Shown here piece after piece: positions 47,135 through 57,032 of a stretch of DNA of 64,000 bases (within the stretch, counting starts at the first letter, position 1; each line of letters begins with the position of its first letter). The stretch is from a virus (taxonomy: Duplodnaviria; Caudoviricetes), in the IMG/VR virus record IMGVR_UViG_3300021399_000106, positions 64,001 to 128,000 of that record; one strand, written 5' to 3'. The notes beneath the pieces are model-generated. The model saw only the letters and a program-made list of their open reading frames with translations. It had not been told where the DNA came from and searched no databases. A program made the position numbers and the translations under genes.

Positions 47135-47393
47135 TATTTTGTAAACCTCCATACTTAGCAATTAATGTTTTAATGTAATCGGAGACTTCTTTTTTACCTA
47201 TATAATCTGAATAATAACTATCAGGACATGTAGGATCACAATTTAAAGCTAACATTAAATCTAATTTTTGAAATTCTTCATTGGTTAATTTATCTTTAAT
47301 CTGTTTTAAGGACCTTTGTGCCTTCCAGTAGGTTCTATGACACCAAGCGTCATTATTTATCTGATTTAAGGTAGTAATTAAATTTGATTTCAT
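47127..47393 (-). CDS. Hypothetical protein
   Basis: AAGGAG RBS with a TTGTATAAT motif upstream. Confidence 0.6.
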   Translation of the reverse strand: MKSNLITTLNQINNDAWCHRTYWKAQRSLKQIKDKLTNEEFQKLDLMLALNCDPTCPDSYYSDYIGKKEVSDYIKTLIAKYGGLQNNE

Positions 47394-47596
47394 AATTATA
47401 TCTCCTTATTTTATTTATTAATTATACAATATAAAATATTTATCATAATCTAATTTACCATTCATAAATTTTTGAAATTCAATGCTATAGTCAAGTATTT
47501 CAGGAAAATAGAATATGAGAGGTAAGCTAAATCTTTCATATTTTTTACTTTGATTTATTATACGTTTTATAATTCTTTCTTTTCTCTTTTCCATAA

Positions 47597-48913
47597 TTAT
47601 ACCTTATTAATTATTTCAGATTTAACTTTTTCAATAAGAATTTCCTTATTATTTTCTATCTTGCCTTCAATAATATCATTTAGATATCCTTCTAAAATAT
47701 TTTTGATTATAGGTCCAGGTTCTAATCCTAATTCAATTAAATCATTACCATTAATTGCTAATTGTTTTAATGAATAACAACCATTACGAACTATATCTTC
47801 TAAATCATTACGTAGTTTAGTAGCTTTATATTCACTGATATTACCAATAACCCGAGACATTATTATAGAGGAAACCATAACATAATAACAATAATCTTTA
47901 CTGTCATTATGTTTTAATTCATGTAATGCTTTTGTAATTATATATCTATCAACATCTTCATGGCTTAATTGTAAATATTGATATTTACCACCAATAATTT
48001 CACTATTTTCAGTAACTGTTCTACAAATATCATTTATATAATCTTTATCTTCATTAGATAATATTAAATAGTTAAATAATAAATGTCTTGATTCAATTCT
48101 ATTAAATAGTAAACAATATGATAATATATAATCTCTATTAAATAGAGGATCACTATTAAATATTCTGGATATTAAATTCATACTGTAAAGATGCGTATCA
48201 TTTAAAGGTAATACTTGTTTAAGAATATTATAAGCTAATACATTATTTAATATTCTAGCAAATCCTTTTCCACAAACTAATTTATTTAATTCTGTAGTTT
48301 TACGTTCCTTTGCAATGGTAAATAAATTATTTTTTAATTCCTCTGCGGCTAATAGAGTATTATTTTCAACTTCAAAATCTAATACTGAAGCAAATCTAAG
48401 CATTCTTAAAATTCTTAAAGCGTCTTCATCAAATCTATAATATGGATTTCCAACAGTTTTAATAATTTTATTTTCTAAATCAGTTATACCGCCAAAATAA
48501 TCTATAATATATTTACCATCATATACTAAGGCATTAATAGTAAAATCTCTTCTAGATAAATCTTCTTGAAGATTAGTTGTAAATGTAACTTCATCTGGAT
48601 GTCTATGGTCAGTATATTCTCCATCTAAACGATATGTTGTAATTTCATAATTTTCCTTCTTATATCTAACAGTTACGGTTCCGTGCTTTTCACCATTATT
48701 ATTAATTAATGTATAATCTTTATTTTTAAATACCTCTTTAATTTGTTCCGGAGTGGCATTTGTAGTAATGTCATAGTCCTTAGGAGTTTTATTTAATAAT
48801 AAATCTCTTACACATCCACCTACAATATATGCTTCATATTTAGTATGTAATTTGTTTAATAAGTTTTTAACTGCCTCTGGAATATTAAAATCATATTTAT
48901 ATTTTCCTACCAT
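47597..48913 (-). CDS. cca: CCA-adding tRNA nucleotidyltransferase (class II)
   Basis: VGGCVRD, DYDITT, EITTYR, RRDFTINA, EDALRILR, ER. Confidence 0.93.
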   Translation of the reverse strand: MVGKYKYDFNIPEAVKNLLNKLHTKYEAYIVGGCVRDLLLNKTPKDYDITTNATPEQIKEVFKNKDYTLINNNGEKHGTVTVRYKKENYEITTYRLDGEYTDHRHPDEVTFTTNLQEDLSRRDFTINALVYDGKYIIDYFGGITDLENKIIKTVGNPYYRFDEDALRILRMLRFASVLDFEVENNTLLAAEELKNNLFTIAKERKTTELNKLVCGKGFARILNNVLAYNILKQVLPLNDTHLYSMNLISRIFNSDPLFNRDYILSYCLLFNRIESRHLLFNYLILSNEDKDYINDICRTVTENSEIIGGKYQYLQLSHEDVDRYIITKALHELKHNDSKDYCYYVMVSSIIMSRVIGNISEYKATKLRNDLEDIVRNGCYSLKQLAINGNDLIELGLEPGPIIKNILEGYLNDIIEGKIENNKEILIEKVKSEIINKV

Positions 48914-49061
48914 ATTATCACCTCATATATTAATAATACAATAAAAAGCGCCTTTAACAAGCGCTTTCTACAAAATTATTTTTTATTTTATTAGCATAGC
49001 TGCAATTAAAAATGATAATGTAACTAATGTTAAACTATATAAAATTAGACTATTTATTAAC

Positions 49062-49528
49062 TTAAACATGTGTTTTATCCTCGATTTCTTCAGGTGCGAA
49101 TTTGGAAACAAGTGCAATAGCAATAATAGTTATAAAATGAATTGAGTATAATATTAACCAATACCAACTATTAAGAACTAAACTTAAGATTACAGGTAAT
49201 GCTACTAAGCTAATACTAATAAATATAATTAAAAACATACACAGTATAGAAAGTAATTTTCTCATTATTTTTCTCCGTTTATTATGTCTTTTACTTTAAC
49301 AAAGGATTCGGCACAAACTGTTGATAGTCTCCTATATCTACAAATTACCTCTTCAATAAGTTCTAAACAGTCAACCATTTCATCAGCGTCTTTACAGTCA
49401 ATTTCGTTTTCACTATCAATTCCAAATTTCAAATTACCTTCATTTTGATTTAAACATAAGGTATGATTTATTTTTTCGTATGCATAATCAAGTATATCTA
49501 TATAATCTTTTTTCATATTAACCTCCAT
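49062..49528 (-). CDS. Two small hypothetical genes (49265-49528; 49062-49265 membrane protein)
   Basis: TAATG-coupled ORFs. Confidence 0.55.
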
Positions 49529-49553
49529 TTATTAAATATACAATTTATTCTTA

Positions 49554-50447
49554 TTAATTGCCATTTATTTTTCTAATATCATCAAACATAGGTTTAATAT
49601 CATCTAATAATGGTTTTCTTTCTTCCTCAGGTGTTGTTGAAGATGTAGAATAAGTATTTTCTACTAAATCAATAAACATAGTCATCTGACCATCTTCACC
49701 TGCATAGTACATATTCCACTCCTCATCAGTTAATAATCTTTTAGGTTCTAATTGTTTTAAAGCTAGGTTATCAAAAGATACAACATCAAAATGATTTACT
49801 AATTCAGGTAATTCATTATATAATGCTTGTTTAGTTGTATCGACTAAGGTATTATGATAATTTTCACCACGTCTAAAATCCTTATAACCTAAAATTAATA
49901 ATTTTAAATTATTATCATATAATTTCTTTAAGGTTTCCACTGAATGAACTCCATTAATAACGTGAATTACAGCTGTTGGAAATTGCTTTATTAGCTCAAT
50001 AAAATGTTCTTGATCTGGATTTGTTAAGGAAACACCTAACCCATGAATTAAATTATTTTCAATTAACTTAGCAAGTAAATCATAATTTTCCATAAAATGC
50101 TTTTGATTTACTGTCATATTACAAATTAAATTTAATCCTTTACACTTTTCTAAGAAAGGAATTAAATCAGGATGTTCTAATGGATTACCTCCACCAATAG
50201 CTAATTCTGTATAAGGTAATAGAGTTTCAATGAACTTAGCATTCATTATATCCCCGTGTTTACCATCAGGTAATGAATTTTCATGGCAGTACTGGCACAT
50301 CATATTACATTTATTTGTAATCTTAACATCCATAGAATCAGGATATTCAGGTATTAATTTATCCTCTTTATTATATTTAATTAACGTACCATCTGAGCAT
50401 AATATCTTAAAATAATTCCCATTCTTTACTTTTCCAATAAATTTCAT
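49554..50447 (-). CDS. Radical SAM enzyme of unknown function
   Basis: KITNKCNMMCQYCHE (CxxxCxxC), AIGGGNP; no C-terminal SPASM cysteines. Confidence 0.9.
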   Translation of the reverse strand: MKFIGKVKNGNYFKILCSDGTLIKYNKEDKLIPEYPDSMDVKITNKCNMMCQYCHENSLPDGKHGDIMNAKFIETLLPYTELAIGGGNPLEHPDLIPFLEKCKGLNLICNMTVNQKHFMENYDLLAKLIENNLIHGLGVSLTNPDQEHFIELIKQFPTAVIHVINGVHSVETLKKLYDNNLKLLILGYKDFRRGENYHNTLVDTTKQALYNELPELVNHFDVVSFDNLALKQLEPKRLLTDEEWNMYYAGEDGQMTMFIDLVENTYSTSSTTPEEERKPLLDDIKPMFDDIRKINGN

Positions 50448-50452
50448 TTTTT

Positions 50453-50845
50453 TTAATCCTCCTTAAATCTAATAACTTCATTATCAACTAGATATTTAAT
50501 ATAATCATCACATTTTCTAATTCCGTTTTGAATATAAGGTGTGCAATCTTCAAATGCTTTTTCTCTTAAATAATATTCAACATAAGGAATAGCAGGCTGA
50601 CAAAATGCATCATCTAAAATATTTGTTTCGAGTTTAGTAAATGTTTTACTATCAATTGATATATTAAGAGTTTCACTAAATCTTTCTCCACCTTGATAAG
50701 TAGCTTCACTTATGGTTCTACAAAAATACCATGTTTTTGGATTATAATTTGTAAATCCTAATTCCTTTAATTTTTCTGCTGTTAATCCTTTACAAACTTC
50801 TACTTTATCATCATGAAAATCATATTTACTGTAGTGTTTTTCCAT
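50453..50845 (-). CDS. Hypothetical protein
   Basis: ORF within an operon. Confidence 0.6.
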   Translation of the reverse strand: MEKHYSKYDFHDDKVEVCKGLTAEKLKELGFTNYNPKTWYFCRTISEATYQGGERFSETLNISIDSKTFTKLETNILDDAFCQPAIPYVEYYLREKAFEDCTPYIQNGIRKCDDYIKYLVDNEVIRFKED

Positions 50846-50846
50846 A

Positions 50847-51482
50847 TTATAGCATCTCCTTTAAAACTTTTTTCCTAACCTCTATTGTCTTTTCACCATT
50901 TAAGATTTTGCATAACCATTCAGGTCTAATTGAGATTAAGATATATTTATTTAACTCATTATCATAAGCATACATCATATTTTGTGGTGCTTTGGTAATA
51001 GGTTTATATTTTTCTTTTTCTTCAAAAGCCCAACCAAACATATTATCGTAGGACTTATCATAAGCCATATACTCACTTAATTCTCTTGGCTCATCAAATA
51101 TATGTAAGTTCTTAATGTGGATTGCATAACCATTTTTACCTTTTAAGTAATCATATATTTCTTTATTGGTTAAACAACTTTTTCTTAATAATTCAATATT
51201 ACTAATATTTAATCCCAAATAAAATGGCTCATATTCTTTTGAATTATCATAAAATGCTTGTCCTGTTCCATCTATTGCATAAGATAAATTATAATCTATT
51301 TTCGAACACGCTATTTCCTCAACCTCATAATCACATTCAGCTACGATTTTGCCATTTAACAAGTAATCTTGTTTTTCGTGAAACTTATGAGTAGAAGTTA
51401 TATATTTACTTTCATAAAATTCATAGATATTTTGATTAAATAAATAAGGCTTTGATTTTGTACAATATAATAGTAATTTCAT
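50847..51482 (-). CDS. ASCH-domain protein, apparently circularly permuted
   Basis: The ASCH signature ILISIRPEW..KILNGEKTIEVRK is at the C-terminus; LYCTK, GKIVAE, GYAIHI, P..L, APQN come before it. Confidence 0.75.
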   Translation of the reverse strand: MKLLLYCTKSKPYLFNQNIYEFYESKYITSTHKFHEKQDYLLNGKIVAECDYEVEEIACSKIDYNLSYAIDGTGQAFYDNSKEYEPFYLGLNISNIELLRKSCLTNKEIYDYLKGKNGYAIHIKNLHIFDEPRELSEYMAYDKSYDNMFGWAFEEKEKYKPITKAPQNMMYAYDNELNKYILISIRPEWLCKILNGEKTIEVRKKVLKEML

Positions 51483-52069
51483 TATTTTAATTCCTCCAAA
51501 CTTTTATTAAAGTTTTTATTTAATTCACTAATATCCTCATTTAATTTGTCGTTATAATATTTTTTCTTGTCCTCTAATACCTTATCTTTTAATTTTTGCC
51601 AATAATCTAAAATAGTATTCTTAATAGCTGTAATATTTGAATTTATATCAAAGTAGAATAAATTTTTGTTTTCATTATTATAATCTGTATCAATTGTAGA
51701 ATCCCAATGAAAAGGACCATAACCTCTATCTGATTCATGATTCTCCATTAATAAATCATTTACATCGCCGTTAAAAGAATAACAATTTGTGTTAACACAG
51801 TAACAAACAACAAAATTATAAATATCTGTATTTATTAACCAACCTAAATAATTATGAGGTAATTCAATACCTTTTTGTGCCACTATAACTTTATCAATTT
51901 TAGTATCATCTACACTAACTCTTATTCTATAATATATTTTTCCTACCTCTAAATCTTCAATTGAGATACTATTAGGAAAGTTTTTATTATTTAACTCCTT
52001 ACTTTCTTCCTTTATTTCTGTTTCCTGTACAGTATTTTTCATTATTTCTTTTTTATGTTTTCTAAACAT
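51482..52069 (-). CDS. Hypothetical protein
   Basis: GAGGTG RBS before ATG 52069 (MFRKH). Confidence 0.6.
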   Translation of the reverse strand: MFRKHKKEIMKNTVQETEIKEESKELNNKNFPNSISIEDLEVGKIYYRIRVSVDDTKIDKVIVAQKGIELPHNYLGWLINTDIYNFVVCYCVNTNCYSFNGDVNDLLMENHESDRGYGPFHWDSTIDTDYNNENKNLFYFDINSNITAIKNTILDYWQKLKDKVLEDKKKYYNDKLNEDISELNKNFNKSLEELK

Positions 52070-52159
52070 GGTGATCACCTCTTCAATATAAATATACAAT
52101 AAAAAGAGGTTATATTAACCTCAATTTTAATCTTTTTTAATATTTTTTAATAAATTTTA

Positions 52160-52519
52160 TTAACCATCATATCCAAATCGACAAATAGTTTTAATTACTT
52201 CACCATTAGGAGTAGTAAATGTATTTTGATCTGTTTCTAGATCTTCGCAAAAACTCTCATAGGTACATAAGCCATAATCACCATATAGTTCCTCAGGATT
52301 GTCCGTATATTCAGGATTTTCCTCTACAATATATTTATTTACTTCATCTAGGTTATAAAATTTACCTTCTTCAAACTTATTATTCTTCCAACTTCAACTA
52401 TATTCACAATAAATGGTTTCTCCGTTTACTCATTTATCAAAATCATCCTTCATTGCAATAACCATTGAGTGTGTTGAGCTTGAGTTAGTTTCAAATGTAT
52501 TTTTTCTAATATTAATCAT
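52160..52519 (-). CDS. FETNSSS-motif protein 4 (absent from the ORF track)
   Basis: MINIRKNTFETNSSSTHSMVI...FGYDG; two TGA. Confidence 0.85.
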
Positions 52520-52522
52520 TAT

Positions 52523-52792
52523 TTAAATTCCTTCCTTATCTTTTTCTAATTTATATAATTTTAAATCCACAATACTATTAGTATTTATAGGAATAATTAT
52601 TACATTTTCTATACCTTTATCGCTTAACATATTTTTAAGAGCTGTGCAATCCTGACAAATCCTTTCCTTAGATGTATTCACAAATTCTACCTTAATTAAA
52701 TATGTATTATTAGAATCTAATTCTGTAAAGCTAATATCTTTTGCATATTTAGCAGTAATTTCTTCTAATTCTTTTTCCGTATATGTAGCCAT
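52523..52792 (-). CDS. Hypothetical protein
   Basis: AAGGAG RBS. Confidence 0.6.
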   Translation of the reverse strand: MATYTEKELEEITAKYAKDISFTELDSNNTYLIKVEFVNTSKERICQDCTALKNMLSDKGIENVIIIPINTNSIVDLKLYKLEKDKEGI

Positions 52793-52804
52793 AATAATAT
52801 CTCC

Positions 52805-53179
52805 TTATCCAAAATAGTAATCTAACGATGCTTCTTTCTTTTCCGCATTATATTCATAACTATCTAATTCATCTATTGAATAAAATGTAATTGGAAAGAA
52901 ACCTAATCTATGATGTCTTGTAACTTCCTTATATCTTTTTAATTCTTCCTTACTCATTTCTTGCCAATTTTCAGGAAATTCAACATTATCAATTCTATTC
53001 TTAATATAATCTTTGATATCTAGCCAAGTACAAAATTCAGGATAGCCATTAGATTCATGCAATACATTATAAAATAATTTTCCATTTGCAAAATCTATCC
53101 AAGTTTTAGCATCGCAAACAACTAAAGAATGTGAACTTGAACTATTAGTTTCAAATGTTGATTTTCTAACTTTAATCAT
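52805..53179 (-). CDS. FETNSSS-motif protein 3
   Basis: MIKVRKSTFETNSSSSHSLVV...DYYFG. Confidence 0.85.
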   Translation of the reverse strand: MIKVRKSTFETNSSSSHSLVVCDAKTWIDFANGKLFYNVLHESNGYPEFCTWLDIKDYIKNRIDNVEFPENWQEMSKEELKRYKEVTRHHRLGFFPITFYSIDELDSYEYNAEKKEASLDYYFG

Positions 53180-53525
53180 AAAATACTACTTCCTTATCTA
53201 CATCAATTATTTTATATAAAGCTTTTAATTCAGGATTTATTTCATCACATAATACATAATTAAAACGATTTCTTTCATCTTCACCTTTAAATTCAATAAG
53301 ATACTTATTACTTTCAGTTGAAAAATCTGATAGCTTTGTTGTTTTAAATACTGAAGTTTTACAGATTAATGACTTACGTGAATCGCTATATAAAAATTGA
53401 TATATAGCCTTTATATCATCAATATTAATGGATTCTATATGAAAGTTTAAACAAGGATTAGGTCCACCATAGTCATTAGTATATTTTAAAGCATTTATAA
53501 ACACATTTTCATCATTCTTATTCAT
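53172..53525 (-). CDS. Hypothetical protein
   Basis: Translationally coupled ORF. Confidence 0.6.
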   Translation of the reverse strand: MNKNDENVFINALKYTNDYGGPNPCLNFHIESINIDDIKAIYQFLYSDSRKSLICKTSVFKTTKLSDFSTESNKYLIEFKGEDERNRFNYVLCDEINPELKALYKIIDVDKEVVFYD

Positions 53526-54163
53526 TATTCCTCAAAATCCTTTTCTGTAATATTATATTTTGAACATGTACAAGTACTGTCAATATATTCTTTTACTCCA
53601 GTATTTAATCCTGGCTTTAAGGTTGGGTTAAATGCGTCATAATAATTTGAATTGTCATTATCAATTACTATCATGCATCCTTTATTAAAAATTATATTAA
53701 TTAAATCTTCATCATCTAATAAATCTTGACTTTGATGGTCAATACTTCCAAATGGGTCACCATATTCATCAATATTTAACTCAAACTTAACCTCTTTAAC
53801 ATCTGGACATTTTTCTTTGATTTTTTCCAATAAATCTTCTAACTCTTCATTTACAACACCATCAGCAATCATTTGTTCAGCTTCACTATGAGTGGTATCA
53901 TTCTCTTCTCCTCAATTCAAATGAATACATAATCTAGTTGCAACATAATCTAACTTATCATTAGATGAAATCAGTAGGTCATCAGTACCAAAACCAGTTA
54001 AAGATTCAGGACCTGACCAACCATAATCTCTAAAATGGATAGTTAAAACTCCATTATCGGTTGCTAGTTCATACTCAATTCTATTTGGATTTTTCTGTGA
54101 ATAAACTAATGAGTGAGATGAACTAGAATTTGTTTCAAATACATTTTTTCTTATTTTTATCAT
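53525..54163 (-). CDS. FETNSSS-motif protein 2
   Basis: MIKIRKNVFETNSSSSHSLVY; joined across TGA 53912; YGW, KLDY, IDHQS, IDNDN. Confidence 0.85.
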
Positions 54164-54172
54164 AAAATCTCC

Positions 54173-54958
54173 TTAATGGTTATCATTATCAATAATTAAA
54201 ATTATGTTTCTATCAAATAAAAATCTTTCATAACCAATTTTTCTAATTTTTGGCATTTGATCATTTTCCTCACCTTCAAATGATTCGTGATCTATATAAC
54301 CAAATCCTTGAAATTTATCTTCACCGGCTTCTGTACTTACTTCGTTACCGTGTCTACCTTTAAATGTTATAGACCAAGTATGCCAATATGGATGTGAAAT
54401 ATCTTCTAATAAATTAGTTTCAGGTTTTAATTCTTCAAAGCAACTTGTTTCTGAATCATTTTTTACATCACAATCGTCTAATTCAGACCACCACTTATAT
54501 TTAAAACCTTTAAAGTTAGGATCATATTCTTTTAATATTGCCATAACTTTCTTAACTTCTTCATATTCTTCTAATAATTTACAAGCTTTATTCCATCTCT
54601 CATTTGCTTTTTCATCATCATAATTATTAAATTTATAATATTTAGACCAATCCTTATCCTCTTTAACTACCCATTCTTCATCAACTTTATCAGATAAATA
54701 TTCATTTGCAAAGTAAGTCATTAAATAATTTAATTTTTCTTCAAAACTTTTAATTACTTCTTTTCTTTGCCAACCATAACCTTCGAAATTAATAGTTAGA
54801 TAACCTTTATTTTCATCATTCCAACCATACCAAAATTCTGATTCGCCTTTTTTATAATAACATTTATTTCGCCAATTTTTAGCGTTTGGATGTTTATATA
54901 CTAAACTATGACTAGAACTTGAATTGGTTTCAAAAACATTATTCCTGATTTTTATCAT
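54173..54958 (-). CDS. FETNSSS-motif protein 1
   Basis: MIKIRNNVFETNSSSSHSLVY; YGW, KLNY, IDHES, IDNDNH; all 11 Trp are TGG. Confidence 0.85.
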   Translation of the reverse strand: MIKIRNNVFETNSSSSHSLVYKHPNAKNWRNKCYYKKGESEFWYGWNDENKGYLTINFEGYGWQRKEVIKSFEEKLNYLMTYFANEYLSDKVDEEWVVKEDKDWSKYYKFNNYDDEKANERWNKACKLLEEYEEVKKVMAILKEYDPNFKGFKYKWWSELDDCDVKNDSETSCFEELKPETNLLEDISHPYWHTWSITFKGRHGNEVSTEAGEDKFQGFGYIDHESFEGEENDQMPKIRKIGYERFLFDRNIILIIDNDNH

Positions 54959-55801
54959 CTTTAATCTCCACTTTATCAAAATATTGCACTATCGCAGTAA
55001 AGTAAGTTCTAATATCATAAACATCATTATTACCACTACCTTCTGGTTTAGGTAGATAAACTATATTTTGAAGTTTTGGATATCTAGAATTTTCGCCTAC
55101 ATTTAAATTTAATAGGAATTCATTTAATTCCTTTTCTGATTCTATATATCTAACTCTTAAAACAACTTTTTCCATATTATCACCTATTTATTTAAATCAT
55201 TATCTTGTAATTTAAATTTATCCTTAATCATAAAATCTTCTAATACATTTCTTAATTCAATTCTAGCTGCTTCATTATTTGCCTTATTAGTTGCTATTAA
55301 TGATTTAATTGCTTCTCTTCTTGCTTTTAAAGATTTTACAGTATTTTCATATTCATTAATTTCCCTATCAATTTTACTTAATTCATCATTATATTTAATT
55401 TCCTCTTCTAATGCTGAATTAATAGATTGTTCATAAACTTCTTTTAAATTATTAATTTTAGCTAATGCCTTATCAACATATAATTGATTAACTTCATCAC
55501 TATCAACCATTAAATCAACTTTATATAAAGTAATAATTGTTTTTCCTTCCCTATCAATAATAAAAGTCCAACCATTTTTATTACATCTAACTTGAACAAC
55601 ATTATTAGATTTTCCAATTACACCAGTATAATATAATTCAGAGGATAAATATAATTTCTTAATTTCATTTTTTGCTTTATTTTCTGCCTCTAAACCAATA
55701 ATAGGTCTATCCATAACTCTTTCAGCATATCTTTTTAAGCAATGGTCTGTAATTCTAATTTCCACCTTGTCTAAGTCATTAAATAATTCTGTATTTTCCA
55801 T
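54939..55801 (-). CDS. Two hypothetical genes (55184-55801 with an ITDH..RY.ER motif and coiled coil; 54939-55175)
   Basis: First genes after the terminator/promoter module at 55834-55868. Confidence 0.6.
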
Positions 55802-55882
55802 ATAATCACCTCATATAATATTTTATATAATAATATACAATAAAAAAGAGGTTATTACAACCTCTTTTAATATTTTTTAATA

Positions 55883-56950
55883 TTATTTAAATAGAACTGA
55901 TTTATAAATTGGTAATAAAATTTTATTATAAATTTCTTCTCTATTACACTCTCTTGGTAGTGAAGTATTTTTAAATAAAAGTTCTGATTCTTTTTCTAGA
56001 TTATGTAATAAAGTATAGAAATCTTCATTAAATGCACCTTTTTCAGTTCTATATTTACCATTTCTGATATCCATTAATAAATCATGTTCATCTTTACGGT
56101 AAGTATGTAAATCTTCATCCTCTAAAATTTCATTACACATAAAATATAATCTAATTAAATGCATTGCGTGTTTATTTAAATGTAAGTCATCCTTCTTTTT
56201 ATTTCTTTGACCTTCAGTGTTCTTATAATCAGCAACTACATTACTAGTTTCTGACATAATTACTCTAAAATATGCTAATGGGAAATGTTCTAAATTAATA
56301 TCACAATATAAACCATAAGTTTCATTTCCTACTTCACTAATATTAGCATAAGGAGTATTTTCATCTACATAAATTTTAAATTGGTCTTCATTGAAATTTA
56401 ACTTCTCAACACAATTTTGTAAACAGTTATTAACACTTCTATTAATATGTTCAGCCATTTCTTTTTCAGATAAAGCCTCGCCATCTCTACATAATGCATT
56501 CTCTAATCTATTTAATTGAGCATGAGCATAACCACCAAAAGTATAATAAGCACGTTTAGATAAGAATAAATGTCTATTATCTAATAAAATTTTTCCTAGT
56601 GGACTTACATAAATATAATGTTCTGGTTTACAGAATAACATTTCAATAATATTTGGATTACAACCTGTAACTAGGTTAATAAATTTATTTAAACTATAAA
56701 TTACAGTATCAGTTGCTTTATCCTCTCTTTGCTCAAAATGTGTAATACCTAAAATATCTTTTTCTGTATTTAAGGCAACACCTCTAATATCAACATCGCT
56801 TGTTTCAATATTAGTTCCATATGAGTGTGAACCACCTAAAGTTAAGAATAAAATCTTATCTTTACCTAAATGTGGATCAGTCCATAAAAATTCATATTCT
56901 TTACTATTAAATACTTTATCTTTGATTTCTTCTAATGTCATATTATTCAC
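55883..56950 (-). CDS. Pol-beta-superfamily nucleotidyltransferase (YcgL-like)
   Basis: GGSHSYG..SDVDIRG, NPNIIEML, KHAMHLIRL. Confidence 0.85.
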   Translation of the reverse strand: MNNMTLEEIKDKVFNSKEYEFLWTDPHLGKDKILFLTLGGSHSYGTNIETSDVDIRGVALNTEKDILGITHFEQREDKATDTVIYSLNKFINLVTGCNPNIIEMLFCKPEHYIYVSPLGKILLDNRHLFLSKRAYYTFGGYAHAQLNRLENALCRDGEALSEKEMAEHINRSVNNCLQNCVEKLNFNEDQFKIYVDENTPYANISEVGNETYGLYCDINLEHFPLAYFRVIMSETSNVVADYKNTEGQRNKKKDDLHLNKHAMHLIRLYFMCNEILEDEDLHTYRKDEHDLLMDIRNGKYRTEKGAFNEDFYTLLHNLEKESELLFKNTSLPRECNREEIYNKILLPIYKSVLFK

Positions 56951-57032
56951 CTGATTTCTTTCTCCACCACCAAATTATAAGGTAATTTGGAACCCATCAT
57001 AAATAATATACAGTTGAATTTAATATATTTAT

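Noticed and set aside
56970-56990. 8-bp hairpin in the leader of the nucleotidyltransferase gene
   Set aside because: An AT-rich stem with no recognisable family features; chance cannot be excluded.
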